The notes under the pieces were generated by a model that was not told the DNA's origin, made no database searches, and was given only the letters and a program-made list of their open reading frames with translations. 64,000 bases of DNA from Rhodoferax sp. (GTDB taxonomy: Bacteria; Pseudomonadota; Gammaproteobacteria; Burkholderiales; Burkholderiaceae_C): assembly GCA_044373655.1 (NCBI GenBank), contig JBILPS010000004.1, positions 6,902 to 70,901 on the forward strand. Direction: 5' to 3'. Of the stretch, positions 1 through 10,091 are shown piece after piece. Every line of letters starts with the position of its first letter. Within the stretch, counting starts at the first letter, position 1. Made by a program: the position numbers and the translations under genes.

Positions 1-1446
1 CTTAGGATAGTCAGGCACATTGGTGCCGGTAGGTGTCCAAGCCACGCGGGCTGGGCTGCGGTAGAACTCCACCAGTCCACCGAGCTTGGGCGCCATGTCC
101 GTCATAGTTTTGGACTGGATGTCGCTCTCGCGGATAGGGGTCAGGCCCACCACGGTTTTCTTCAGCGAGGTAGTTTTAGCAGTCACGAACTGGGCATAGA
201 GCCAGGCCGCTGCCACTTTGTCCGGATTGTGGTCTTTGAAGAAAGTCCATGAACCCACGTCCTGGTAGCCGTTTTGCATGCCTTGTTTCCAGTAGGGGCC
301 ATTCGGTCCGGGAGCCATGCGCCATTTCGGTGTGCCGTCGGCATTGACCACCGGCAGACCGGGTTTGATCATGTCAGCCGTGAACGCGGTGTACCAAAAA
401 ATTTGCTGCGCGATCTGACCTTGGGCCGGCACCGGACCGGCTTCACCAAAAGTCATGCCAATGGCTTCCTTAGGCGAGTATTTTTTCATCCAGTCGATGT
501 ACTTGGTTAAGGCATAGACCGCAGCAGGCGAGTTGGTCGCGCCACCGCGAGAAACCGAAGCACCCACGGGCGTGCACTTGTCATCGGCTACCCGAATACC
601 CCACTCATCAACCGGCAGACCGTTCGGTATGCCGATATCAGCGGTGCCGGCCATCGACAGCCATGCGTCCGTGAAACGCCAGCCCAGCGAAGGGTCTTTC
701 TTGCCGTAGTCCATGTGACCGTAAATCGGCTTACCGTCGATGTTCTTCACATCATTGGTAAAGAAGGCGGCGATGTCCTCATAGGCGCTCCAGTTCAATG
801 GCACACCCAGGTCATAGCCATACTTGGCTTTAAACTTTTCTTTCAGGTCTTTACGGTCAAACAAATCAGCGCGGAACCAGTACAAATTGGCAAATTGCTG
901 CGTCGGCAGCTGGTAGAGCTTGCCGTCTGGCGCGGTAGTGAAGCTGGTGCCGATGAAGTCTTTGATATCCAGGCCCGGATTGGTGTATTCCTTGCCTGCG
1001 CCGGTCATGTAGTCCGTCAGATTCAAGATCTTGCCGTAGCGGTAGTGGGTGCCGATCAGGTCGGAGTCGCTAATCCAGCCGTCATAAATCGACTTGCCCG
1101 ATTGCATAGAGGTCTGCAGCTTTTCGACCACGTCGCCCTCTTGAATCAAGTCGTGCTTGACCTTGATGCCGGTGATTTCCTCAAAGGCTTTAGCCAATGT
1201 CTTGGACTCATACTCGTGTGTGGTGATGGTCTCTGACACCACCGAGACTTCCTTCACACCCTTGGCTTGCAGCTTTTTGGCCGCTTCGATAAACCACTTC
1301 ATTTCATCCAGCTGCTTTTCCTTGCTCAGCGTAGAGGGTTGGAACTCGCTATCGATCCATTTTTTAGCTGCTGCCTCGTCTGCCCACGCGCTGTTAGCCA
1401 GCAGGCAGGCGACTGCGACAGACACCATTGAATACCGTAACTTCAT
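1..1446 (-). CDS. glpV: Glycerol ABC transporter substrate-binding protein (partial, 3' end beyond the left edge)
   Basis: Not in the ORF track. My translation from ATG at 1446 (RBS AGGAG upstream) gives MKLRYSMVSVAVACLLANSAWADEAAAKKWIDSEFQPSTLSKEKQLDEMKWF...SETITTHEYESKTLAKAFEEITGIKVKHDLIQEGDVVEKLQ, a signal peptide plus GlpV-type SBP. Last gene of the glpSTPQUV order. Confidence 0.88.
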   Translation of the reverse strand, partial: MKLRYSMVSVAVACLLANSAWADEAAAKKWIDSEFQPSTLSKEKQLDEMKWFIEAAKKLQAKGVKEVSVVSETITTHEYESKTLAKAFEEITGIKVKHDLIQEGDVVEKLQTSMQSGKSIYDGWISDSDLIGTHYRYGKILNLTDYMTGAGKEYTNPGLDIKDFIGTSFTTAPDGKLYQLPTQQFANLYWFRADLFDRKDLKEKFKAKYGYDLGVPLNWSAYEDIAAFFTNDVKNIDGKPIYGHMDYGKKDPSLGWRFTDAWLSMAGTADIGIPNGLPVDEWGIRVADDKCTPVGASVSRGGATNSPAAVYALTKYIDWMKKYSPKEAIGMTFGEAGPVPAQGQIAQQIFWYTAFTADMIKPGLPVVNADGTPKWRMAPGPNGPYWKQGMQNGYQDVGSWTFFKDHNPDKVAAAWLYAQFVTAKTTSLKKTVVGLTPIRESDIQSKTMTDMAPKLGGLVEFYRSPARVAWTPTGTNVPDYPK

Positions 1447-1536
1447 GCTATGTCTCCTTGATTGATGACAACCCCCTAATCTCAAAGGCAGCTTCGGCTC
1501 CAGGGGAAGAGGGAGCCGATCCTTCACACGCTCAAA

Positions 1537-1845
1537 TCAACCTTTGCGCATAACCAAGGCCAGCACAGCCATGGACAGTACAAAACTAAACCAGACCGAC
1601 GGGTCTTCCTGCAGACTCAGCAACGCAGCCAAACGCCCGCTCAATCCCAAAAAGGCCAGGTTCACATAAGCGGCGCAAAGCAGACCAATAAACAAGCGGT
1701 CGCCCCGGGTGGTTTCCATGGGCAGGAAGCCTTTGCGCATCAGCGTGGGCGATTTGATTTCCCAGACCGTCATGCCTGCCAGCATCAAGCCGATGCAAAC
1801 AAAAAATACCGCAACCGGTGTCGTCCACGCCATCCACTCAAACAT
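1537..1845 (-). CDS. glpU: Small integral membrane protein of the glycerol ABC system (DUF2160-like)
   Basis: MFEWMAWT...RKGFLPMETTRGDRLFIGLL; start re-called at 1845; lies between the permease and the SBP as in glpSTPQUV. Confidence 0.8.
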   Translation of the reverse strand: MFEWMAWTTPVAVFFVCIGLMLAGMTVWEIKSPTLMRKGFLPMETTRGDRLFIGLLCAAYVNLAFLGLSGRLAALLSLQEDPSVWFSFVLSMAVLALVMRKG

Positions 1846-1870
1846 TGCGCCTCTCCTTATCCATCGCGCC

Positions 1871-2683
1871 CTAGACCCGCCCCATAGCGAAGCCCTTGGC
1901 GATGTAGTTGCGTACAAACCAGATCACGATCGCGCCGGGCACAATCGTCAGCACCCCGGCAGCGGCCAGGGTGGCCCAATCCATACCGGCGGCGGACACG
2001 GTTCGCGTCATAGTGGCCACGATCGGCTTGGCATTGACGCTGGTCAGTGTGCGCGCTAACAGCAACTCCACCCAGCTAAACATGAAGCAAAAGAAAGCGG
2101 CCACACCCACGCCCGCTTTTATCAGCGGCAGAAAAATACGCACAAAAAACCGAGGGAAAGAATAGCCGTCGATATACGCGGTTTCGTCGATCTCGCGCGG
2201 GATGCCACTCATGAAACCTTCCAAAATCCACACGGCCAAAGGCACGTTGAACAAGAGATGTGCCATGGCCACTGCCAGGTGCGTATCCATCAAACCCACG
2301 GTGGTGTAGAGCTGGAAAAACGGCAGCAAAAAAACAGCGGGCGGCGTCATGCGGTTGGTCAACAACCAGAAGAACACGTGCTTATCGCCCAAAAAACTGT
2401 AGCGTGAAAACGCATAGGCCGCCGGCAAAGCTACGGTGATCGACACCACGGTATTCATAGCCACATAAATCAGGCTGTTGATATAGCCGGAATACCAGGA
2501 CACGTCGGTCAGTATCAGGTAGTAGTTTTCCCAAGTGAAGTGCTGGGGGAACAAGGCAAAGCTCGCCAGGATTTCGGTATTGGTCTTAAAGGACATATTG
2601 ACCATCCAATACACCGGCAACAAGGCAAACACCATATAAGCGATCAGAAAGATAGAGCGCTTATGAAACCGCTTCTCATGCAT
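1871..2683 (-). CDS. glpQ: Glycerol ABC transporter permease (CUT1 family)
   Basis: Hydrophobic; EAA-type loop IPREIDETAYIDG; start re-called at MHEKRFHK. Confidence 0.88.
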   Translation of the reverse strand: MHEKRFHKRSIFLIAYMVFALLPVYWMVNMSFKTNTEILASFALFPQHFTWENYYLILTDVSWYSGYINSLIYVAMNTVVSITVALPAAYAFSRYSFLGDKHVFFWLLTNRMTPPAVFLLPFFQLYTTVGLMDTHLAVAMAHLLFNVPLAVWILEGFMSGIPREIDETAYIDGYSFPRFFVRIFLPLIKAGVGVAAFFCFMFSWVELLLARTLTSVNAKPIVATMTRTVSAAGMDWATLAAAGVLTIVPGAIVIWFVRNYIAKGFAMGRV

Positions 2684-3569
2684 GACCGGACTCCTTGGCT
2701 TGGGTGCCGACACGCTGCATCCAGTTGAACAACACAAAGCACATGAGCAAAATAATCAGGAAATAAATCAGCGAGAACGCCGCCGCCGGCCCTAGGTCAA
2801 ACTGGCCTACGGCTTTTTGGGTCAGGAACTGCGACAGGAAGGTGGTGGCATTGCCCGGGCCACCGCCAGTGAGCACAAAGGGCTCGGTGTAAATCATGAA
2901 ACTATCCATAAAGCGCAGCAGCACGGCGATCATCAATACACCGCGCATCTTGGGCAGCTGCACATACCAAAAAACCGCCAGCTTGCTGGCCCCGTCGATG
3001 CTGGCGGCTTGGTAATAGGCGTCTGGTATCGAGCGCAAACCGGCATAGCCTAAGAGTGCTACCAGCGGCGTCCAGTGCCATACATCCATGAGCAACACCG
3101 TCAGCCACGCATGCGTGGCATTGCCGGTGTAGCTGTATTCAATGCCCAAGCCTTGCAGTGCCGCGCCCATGAGGCCAATGTCGGAGCGTCCGAATATTTG
3201 CCAAATCGTGCCCACCACGTTCCAGGGAATCAGCAGCGAGAGCGACACCACCACCAACACTACCGAGGCCCGCCAGCCGTGCGCCGGCATGGACAAGGCC
3301 AGCGCAATGCCCAGCGGAATCTCAATCAACAGCACGGCCAGCGAAAACGTGATCTGGCGCAGCAAAGCACCATGCAACTCTTCATCGCGCATGATGGCGA
3401 CAAACCACTCCGTGCCAACAAAAACACGGCGCTCGGGCGAAATAATGTCCTGCACCGAATAATTCACCACCGTCATCAAAGGCAAGATGGCGGAAAAGGC
3501 CACGCACACTAGCACCGGCAGAATGAGAAACCAGGCCTTCTGGTTGACCGGCTTGTTACTCGCGCTCAT
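2676..3569 (-). CDS. glpP: Glycerol ABC transporter permease (CUT1 family)
   Basis: Hydrophobic; IPDAYYQAASIDGAS EAA loop; overlaps its neighbours. Confidence 0.88.
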   Translation of the reverse strand: MSASNKPVNQKAWFLILPVLVCVAFSAILPLMTVVNYSVQDIISPERRVFVGTEWFVAIMRDEELHGALLRQITFSLAVLLIEIPLGIALALSMPAHGWRASVVLVVVSLSLLIPWNVVGTIWQIFGRSDIGLMGAALQGLGIEYSYTGNATHAWLTVLLMDVWHWTPLVALLGYAGLRSIPDAYYQAASIDGASKLAVFWYVQLPKMRGVLMIAVLLRFMDSFMIYTEPFVLTGGGPGNATTFLSQFLTQKAVGQFDLGPAAAFSLIYFLIILLMCFVLFNWMQRVGTQAKESGHA

Positions 3570-4645
3570 GCCACGATCTCCTCGTTACGGTAAAAGCAGC
3601 TTTTGTCATTGAGCACCTCGCACCACACTGTGCTGCCCACGGCAAAGGGTTCGGACATCATCGCTAAACGCGCTTTGAACACCTGCCCTTGCAGGCTGGC
3701 CGTAACAATAAAGTGGGTGCCCACATCTTGCACCTGCTGCACTTGCATGGGCAGCGCACCTTCAAAGCGGCTAGTGGCGCAGCGCACGTATTCGGGCCGG
3801 ATGCCCAGCTTCAAATCGCCGTGGGGCAAATCGCCTTGCAAAGCACCCAGCGCTAAGGCCATACCGCAGACTTGCAAACCCTGCGGGCCCATTTGCGCAG
3901 GCAAAAAATTCATGCCCGGCGAACCGATGAAATGGCCCACAAAGGTATGCGAAGGCCGCTCGAACAACTGCGCCGCCGTGCCCATCTGCACCGCGCGTCC
4001 GCGCGTCATCACCACCACTTGTTGCGCAAAAGTCAGAGCCTCCACCTGGTCATGCGTGACATAGACCAAAGTGAGTTTCAACTCCCGATGAATTTGCTTG
4101 AGCTTGCGCCGTAACTGCCACTTCAGATGCGGGTCAATGACCGTCAAAGGCTCGTCAAACAACACCGCCGACACATCCGAACGCACCAAGCCGCGGCCGA
4201 GCGAGATTTTTTGTTTGGCATCGGCTGCGAGGCCGGATGCGCGCTGGTTGAGCTGGCCGCTCAAGTCCAGCATCTCGGCGATTTCGCCGACACGCTTGCG
4301 GATTTGCTCAGCCGGCATTTTGCGGTTGCGCAGCGGAAAACCCAGGTTTTCGGCCACTGTCATGGTGTCGTAAATCACCGGAAACTGAAACACCTGCGCG
4401 ATATTGCGCTGCTGCGGTGTGGAGCGCGTGACATCCTGCCCATCGAAATGCACCGTGCCTTGCGAGGGCTGCAGCAAGCCAGATATCAGGTTGAGCATGG
4501 TCGTCTTGCCGCAGCCCGAGGGGCCGAGCAAGGCATAGGCCCCGGCGTTTTCAAAGGACATTTTCAAAGGCAGCAAAGCGTAGTCGCTGTCCTGCTGCGG
4601 ATTGGGTCGGTAGGCGTGGGCCAGATCCAAATCAATGCGGGCCAT
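3566..4645 (-). CDS. glpT: Glycerol ABC transporter ATP-binding subunit
   Basis: Walker A GPSGCGKT, Walker B VLFDEP, C-terminal TOBE-like region; start re-called at MARIDLDLAH. Confidence 0.88.
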   Translation of the reverse strand: MARIDLDLAHAYRPNPQQDSDYALLPLKMSFENAGAYALLGPSGCGKTTMLNLISGLLQPSQGTVHFDGQDVTRSTPQQRNIAQVFQFPVIYDTMTVAENLGFPLRNRKMPAEQIRKRVGEIAEMLDLSGQLNQRASGLAADAKQKISLGRGLVRSDVSAVLFDEPLTVIDPHLKWQLRRKLKQIHRELKLTLVYVTHDQVEALTFAQQVVVMTRGRAVQMGTAAQLFERPSHTFVGHFIGSPGMNFLPAQMGPQGLQVCGMALALGALQGDLPHGDLKLGIRPEYVRCATSRFEGALPMQVQQVQDVGTHFIVTASLQGQVFKARLAMMSEPFAVGSTVWCEVLNDKSCFYRNEEIVA

Positions 4646-4646
4646 T

Positions 4647-5717
4647 TCAACGCACCCCTTCGCGCGTCGGAGCCAAGGCCAGCATACCGGCGCTGTCAAA
4701 CACATACACATCCTGCGGCCGGAAATAGACCGGCATGGCATCGCCCAAATCAAAGTAGTGCACACCAGCCAGCTGCGCCACCATGGCGCCCAGGGCGGTA
4801 TCCAGATGCACAAAAGTATCCGAGCCAGAAATTTCGGCCAGCGCTACGCTGGCCTGGACCGCAACATCACCTTCACGGGCCTGTACGCGCAGTGCGCTGG
4901 CACGCAAACCGGCCGTGACCGGGCCAACGGGCAAGGCACTTGTGAGTATGACGCTGCTGGCATCGGCCAACACCAGCGCCTGGTCCTGCACCCTAGCGGG
5001 AAAGAGATTCATGGGCGGATCACTGAAAGCCGTCGCCACCCGTATCGAGCGGGGCCGCTGAAACACCTCTGCGGTGGGGCCGTACTGCAGCAATTCGCCC
5101 GCGTCCATCACGGCGGTGTAACCGCCCAATAACAAAGCCTCGCCCGGCTCCGTGGTGGCATAGACCACAGTGGAATTGCCCGCCGCGAACAAAGCGCTGA
5201 GCTCGTCGCGCAACTCTTCGCGCAGCTTGTAGTCCAAATTGACCAGCGGCTCGTCCAGCAACATCAAAGGTGCGCTTTTGGCCAGCGCCCGCGCCAGCGC
5301 GACACGCTGCTGCTGCCCCCCAGACAACTCCGAGGGGTAGCGCTCCAAAAACATCTCAATATGCAGCTTGTCCGCCAGCGCATGCACCCGCTCGCGCACG
5401 CCGGTTTCGCCGCGCAAATGCAGCGGTGAGGCAATATTGTCAAAAACCGTCATGGACGGGTAATTGATGAACTGCTGGTAGACCATGGACACATTGCGCT
5501 GTCGCACTGGCACGCCGACGACGTCCACACCGTCCACCACGACGCGCCCGGTGCTGGGCACATCCAAACCGGCCATGATGCGCATCAAACTGGTTTTGCC
5601 CGCTTGGGTGGCGCCGAGCAAGACGGTGACCGCATCCGGACGCAGGTCCATATCCAATGCATACAGCCAGGGCTGCGCACCTACTTTCTTGCTTACTGCT
5701 CGCAGACTTAAGTCCAT
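4647..5717 (-). CDS. glpS: Glycerol ABC transporter ATP-binding subunit
   Basis: Degenerate Walker A GATQAGKT typical of GlpS, LSGGQQQR signature, LLDEP. Confidence 0.88.
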   Translation of the reverse strand: MDLSLRAVSKKVGAQPWLYALDMDLRPDAVTVLLGATQAGKTSLMRIMAGLDVPSTGRVVVDGVDVVGVPVRQRNVSMVYQQFINYPSMTVFDNIASPLHLRGETGVRERVHALADKLHIEMFLERYPSELSGGQQQRVALARALAKSAPLMLLDEPLVNLDYKLREELRDELSALFAAGNSTVVYATTEPGEALLLGGYTAVMDAGELLQYGPTAEVFQRPRSIRVATAFSDPPMNLFPARVQDQALVLADASSVILTSALPVGPVTAGLRASALRVQAREGDVAVQASVALAEISGSDTFVHLDTALGAMVAQLAGVHYFDLGDAMPVYFRPQDVYVFDSAGMLALAPTREGVR

Positions 5718-5724
5718 CTGACAC

Positions 5725-5840
5725 CCTTGATCGTTCGCACCAATTTAGCGCAACGTTAATTCGAATGTGAGAATTATTGTTCGAAATTATTCGTTTTAAC
5801 TAGGTGTTTACCCTAAAACTATTCCTTTCGGTTCGATTTA
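5725..5840. promoter_or_regulatory. Divergent glpS/glpR promoter region with probable GlpR operator half-sites
   Basis: AT-rich; TTCG cores at about 5733, 5760, 5780, 5790, 5827 and 5832 (e.g. TGTTCGAAATTATTCGTT), resembling GlpR operators (ATGTTCG-type). Confidence 0.55.
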
Positions 5841-5883
5841 AAGTGCAGAAGGCATTTTTATCCAAGGCTCGGACACTCTACGC

Positions 5884-6651
5884 ATGAACCCTAATCCACG
5901 ACAAATCAAGCTCTTAAGCGTAGTGCGGGCGCAAGGTTCGGTCACGGTGGAACGCCTGGCCGATACGCTGCAAGTGACGCTGCAAACCGTACGCCGCGAC
6001 GTCCAGCGCCTGGCCGACGAGGGCCTGCTGGCGCGTTTTCATGGCGGCGTGCGCGTGCCGGGCTCCACCGTGGAAAACCTGGCCTATCCGCAGCGCGAAA
6101 TCCTCAACGCGCTGGGCAAAGCACGTATTGCACGTGCCGTAGCCGATGCCGTACCCAATGGCTGCTCGCTGCTGCTCAATATCGGCACCACCACCGAGGC
6201 CATCGCCCGGGCGCTTACCAAGCACGAAGGCTTGCGGGTGATTACCAACAACCTCAATGTGGCCGCCATCCTCAGCGCCAATTCGCAAAGCGAAGTGATT
6301 GTGGTGGGCGGCGTGGTGCGCGGACGCGACCAGGGCATCGTGGGGGAAGCGGCGGTGGACTTTATCCGCCAGTTCAAAGTGGACATCGGCCTGATCGGCA
6401 TCTCGGCCATCGAATCGGATGGCTCGCTGCGCGACTTTGACTACCGCGAGGTGAAGGTGTCACAAACCATCATTTCCCAAGCGCGCGAAGTCTGGTTGGC
6501 GGCAGACGCCAGCAAATTCAACCGCGCTGCGATGGTCGAAGTAGCGCAGCTCTCCAGCATCGACCGCCTGTTCTCGGACGCCATTGCGCCCGAGCCCTTT
6601 ATGGACCTGATGGCCCAAGCACAGGTACGATTTACCCTGGCGGGCGACTGA
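5884..6651 (+). CDS. glpR: DeoR-family glycerol-3-phosphate regulon repressor
   Basis: N-terminal [12 protein letters not shown]...RFHGG, DeoR C-terminal NIGTTTE motif; adjacent to glpK. Confidence 0.92.
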   Translation: MNPNPRQIKLLSVVRAQGSVTVERLADTLQVTLQTVRRDVQRLADEGLLARFHGGVRVPGSTVENLAYPQREILNALGKARIARAVADAVPNGCSLLLNIGTTTEAIARALTKHEGLRVITNNLNVAAILSANSQSEVIVVGGVVRGRDQGIVGEAAVDFIRQFKVDIGLIGISAIESDGSLRDFDYREVKVSQTIISQAREVWLAADASKFNRAAMVEVAQLSSIDRLFSDAIAPEPFMDLMAQAQVRFTLAGD

Positions 6652-6706
6652 TACCGCCTTCGGCCCGTCAACCGCCTTTTCCGCCAACTTTGGACGCCCA
6701 GCCCCC

Positions 6707-8200
6707 ATGACCTACCTGCTCGCTCTTGACCAAGGCACTTCCAGCTCCCGCAGCATCGTGTTCGATGCGCAAGGCCGCATCGTGGCCATGGCGCAGGAGG
6801 AGCTGACGCAGTATTACCCGCAGCCCGGCTGGGTGGAGCACGACCCGCTGGAAATCTGGCGCACCCAGCTGGCTACCGCGCGCGCTGTGCTGGCCAAGGC
6901 CGGCATCAGCGCGCAGCAAGTACACGCCATCGGCATTACCAACCAGCGCGAAACCACCGTGGTCTGGAACCGCAAGACCGGCCAGCCGATCTACAAAGCC
7001 ATCGTCTGGCAGGATCGGCGCGCCGAACCGGCTTGTGTAGCGCTGCGAGAACGCGGCATGGCACCAACCATTCGCCAAAAAACCGGCCTGCTGGTGGATG
7101 CTTATTTTTCAGGCACCAAGCTGCAATGGATTTTGGACCATGTGCCGGACGCCCGCGCGCAGGCCGCCCACGGCGAGCTGGCCTTTGGCACCGTGGACAG
7201 TTGGCTCTTATGGCAATTGACCAACGGCCGTGTGCACGCCACCGATGTGAGCAATGCCGCACGCACCATGCTCTTTAATGTGCACAGCAACACCTGGGAC
7301 CCAGAGCTGCTGCAAGCGCTCAACATCCCCGAGGGCCTGATGCCGCAAGTGCTGCCCTCGGCGGCGCATTTTGGCGACACCGAGCCCGGCCTGCTGGGCC
7401 ACACGATTCCCGTGGGCGGCATGGCCGGCGACCAGCAAAGCGCTTTGTTCGGGCAGGCTTGCTTTAGCGCCGGTATGGCCAAAAACACCTATGGCACCGG
7501 CTGCTTCATGCTGATGCACACCGGCACACAATTCCAAACCTCAACCAATGGCCTGATCACCACCAGCGCGGTGCAGCCTAGTGCCCGACCCGAATTTGCT
7601 CTAGAAGGCAGCGTGTTTGTAGGCGGCGCAGTGGTGCAGTGGCTGCGCGACGGCTTGGGCGCAATCCGCAGCAGCGCAGAAGTGCAAGCCCTGGCGCAAA
7701 GCGTGCCCGACAGCGGCGGCGTGATGCTGGTGCCGGCCTTTACCGGCCTGGGCGCACCCTACTGGAACCCGCAAGCGCGCGGCACCATGACCGGCCTGAC
7801 ACGCGGCAGCACCGTAGCCCATATCGCCCGCGCGGCCTTGGAAAGCATTGCCTTTCAAAGCGCCGCACTCTTGCAAGCCATGGCACGTGATGCGCAACAA
7901 GCCGGGGTCGCCGCTGTAACCGAACTGCGCGTGGACGGAGGCGCCTGCGTCAATGATTTGCTGATGCAGTTTCAGGCCGACTTGCTGGGCATCAGCGTGC
8001 TGCGCCCGCAGGTGACCGAGACCACCGCCTTGGGCGCCGCCTACCTGGCCGGCTTGTCCACCGGCCTGTACCCGGACACCGCATCGCTGAGCCAACTGTG
8101 GCAAGCCGAGCGCCGCTTCGAACCGCAAATCAGCCCCGCCCAAGCCCAAGAACAGATGCAGCGCTGGGAACACGCGGTGCGGCAAACCACGGCTGCCTAG
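6707..8200 (+). CDS. glpK: Glycerol kinase
   Basis: [48 protein letters not shown] motifs. Confidence 0.97.
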   Translation: MTYLLALDQGTSSSRSIVFDAQGRIVAMAQEELTQYYPQPGWVEHDPLEIWRTQLATARAVLAKAGISAQQVHAIGITNQRETTVVWNRKTGQPIYKAIVWQDRRAEPACVALRERGMAPTIRQKTGLLVDAYFSGTKLQWILDHVPDARAQAAHGELAFGTVDSWLLWQLTNGRVHATDVSNAARTMLFNVHSNTWDPELLQALNIPEGLMPQVLPSAAHFGDTEPGLLGHTIPVGGMAGDQQSALFGQACFSAGMAKNTYGTGCFMLMHTGTQFQTSTNGLITTSAVQPSARPEFALEGSVFVGGAVVQWLRDGLGAIRSSAEVQALAQSVPDSGGVMLVPAFTGLGAPYWNPQARGTMTGLTRGSTVAHIARAALESIAFQSAALLQAMARDAQQAGVAAVTELRVDGGACVNDLLMQFQADLLGISVLRPQVTETTALGAAYLAGLSTGLYPDTASLSQLWQAERRFEPQISPAQAQEQMQRWEHAVRQTTAA

Positions 8201-8265
8201 CTGCGGGGCACCCGTGAAGGCGTAGTTAGACTCTGCTTGCCTTTTCACTTACAGAGGACCCATCC

Positions 8266-9078
8266 ATGCAGCAAGGCATCGCATTCATAGGCGGCGGCAA
8301 TATGGCCAGCGCCATCATCGGTGGCTTGCTAAAGCAAGGCTGGCCTGTCTCCCATATCGACGTCGTCGAGCCCTTTGACGAAGCGCGCGCCAAACTTAGC
8401 AGCCAATTTGGCATTAGCGCCCAGGCCAAGGCCGGCAGCTTTTTAAGCCGCGCCGACCTGGTGGTCTGGGCCGTCAAGCCCCAAACCTTCAAAGACGCCG
8501 CCGCGCAAACGCAAGCCCACACCCACGCCGCCTTGCACCTGAGCGTGGCCGCTGGGATTCGCAGCGACACGATCGCGCAGTGGATGGGAAGCGAACGTAT
8601 CGTGCGAGCCATGCCCAACACCCCGGCGCTCATTGGCAAGGGCATCACCGCCCTGTTTGCCCGCGCCGCTGTCAATGCGGCGGACAAGGCACTGGTGAAC
8701 CAGGTTTTGGGCAGCACGGGCGAGCTGATGTGGGTGGGCGCAGAGGACCAGATCGACGCCGTGACGGCGCTGTCGGGCTCAGGCCCGGCCTACGTGTTTT
8801 ATTTTCTGGAGGCTATGCGTGATGCGGGCGCGGCCATGGGCTTATCGCCCGCGCAGGCTTATCAGTTGGCGCTGGCCACATTTAGCGGTGCAACCGCATT
8901 GGCCGGGGCCTCTAGCGATGGACCTGAAACGCTGCGCCAGCGCGTTACTTCCAAAGGCGGCACCACTTTTGCGGCGCTGACTTCCATGGAGGCCGACGGC
9001 GTGAAGGCGTCCTTCATCGCCGCCATGCGCGCCGCGCAGCAACGCGGCAAAGAATTGGGCGACGAATTCGGGGCCTGA
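8266..9078 (+). CDS. proC: Pyrroline-5-carboxylate reductase
   Basis: IGGGNMA Rossmann motif, RAMPNTP, TALSGSGPAY, VTSKGGTT. Confidence 0.96.
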   Translation: MQQGIAFIGGGNMASAIIGGLLKQGWPVSHIDVVEPFDEARAKLSSQFGISAQAKAGSFLSRADLVVWAVKPQTFKDAAAQTQAHTHAALHLSVAAGIRSDTIAQWMGSERIVRAMPNTPALIGKGITALFARAAVNAADKALVNQVLGSTGELMWVGAEDQIDAVTALSGSGPAYVFYFLEAMRDAGAAMGLSPAQAYQLALATFSGATALAGASSDGPETLRQRVTSKGGTTFAALTSMEADGVKASFIAAMRAAQQRGKELGDEFGA

Positions 9079-9079
9079 C

Positions 9080-9126
9080 TATCAAAAAGTCGCGACTTTT
9101 TGATAAACCTATATACAAAAGTCGCA
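9080..9126. repeat. Perfect 26-bp palindrome plus a third half-site between convergent proC and LysR genes
   Basis: TATCAAAAAGTCG|CGACTTTTTGATA at 9080-9105; AAAAGTCGC repeated at 9117-9125. Confidence 0.8.
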
Positions 9127-9161
9127 AATTAAGAGCAAGTACTCAACGCCCCAACCCGCGC

Positions 9162-10088
9162 TCAATGCCGCGCCGCCGTCCAAAAGCCTTCGCGGCTGTA
9201 GTGCAGTTTCAAGAAATCAATCCACAAACGCAGGCGCAGCGCCATGTGTTTGCGCTCGGGGAATACGGCATAGATGCCGTTGGGCGGGGCGGCAAACTCT
9301 TCCAGCACGGGCACCAGCAGGCCGGCAGCCATCTCGGCCTCTACCTCCCAGGTGCTGCGCCACGCAATGCCCCAGCCGCCCAGGCACCAGTCGTGCAAAA
9401 CCTGGCCATCCGAGCAATCGAGCGGGCCGCTGGGCTTGAGGTGAATTACCTCATTGCCCTCTGCCTTGGCTAGGGTGAAAGCCCAGCCCCGGGTTTGCGA
9501 AGCGTCGCTGGAAAGCGTTAGGCAGTCAAAACGCTGCAAATCCGCAGGCTGCTGTGGCCGCCCATGGCGCGCAAGGTAATCGGGCGTGGCCACGCACATG
9601 CGCCGGTTGTCGGCCAGGCGCACGCTGACCAGGGACGAATCGGGCAAATCGCCCACGCGCACCGCGCAGTCAAAGCCCTCGCCGGCCAGGTTGGTAACCC
9701 GGTCGCTCAGGTTGAGTGACACCGTCACCTCCGGGTGCAGTTCGCGAAACAAGGGCACCAGCGGCGCCACATGGCGGCGACCAAAGCCCGCAGGTGCGGT
9801 CAGGCGCAAATGGCCGCTGGCCTGGATGCCGCCAGCACTCACGCTGGCCTCGGCATTGCCCAAATCGCTCAGCAGGCGCTGACAGTCTTCTAAAAAAGCC
9901 GTGCCCTCGTGCGTCAGCGTCATGCGCCGGGTAGTACGCAGCAGCAGTTTGACGCCCAGGCGTTGCTCCAAAGCGTCGAGCCGCCTGCCCACTATGGCCG
10001 GCGCTACGCCCTCGGCCTTGGCTGCGGCCGTCAAGCTACCGCGCAGCGCCACCGCCACAAAGGACTCCATTTGTTTGAGCTTGTCCAC
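9162..10088 (-). CDS. LysR-family transcriptional regulator (CrgA/DmlR-like)
   Basis: GSLTAAAKAEGVAPAIVGRRLDALE HTH, RTTRRMTLT; C-terminal PPNGIYAVFP. Confidence 0.93.
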   Translation of the reverse strand: MDKLKQMESFVAVALRGSLTAAAKAEGVAPAIVGRRLDALEQRLGVKLLLRTTRRMTLTHEGTAFLEDCQRLLSDLGNAEASVSAGGIQASGHLRLTAPAGFGRRHVAPLVPLFRELHPEVTVSLNLSDRVTNLAGEGFDCAVRVGDLPDSSLVSVRLADNRRMCVATPDYLARHGRPQQPADLQRFDCLTLSSDASQTRGWAFTLAKAEGNEVIHLKPSGPLDCSDGQVLHDWCLGGWGIAWRSTWEVEAEMAAGLLVPVLEEFAAPPNGIYAVFPERKHMALRLRLWIDFLKLHYSREGFWTAARH

Positions 10089-10091
10089 GGC

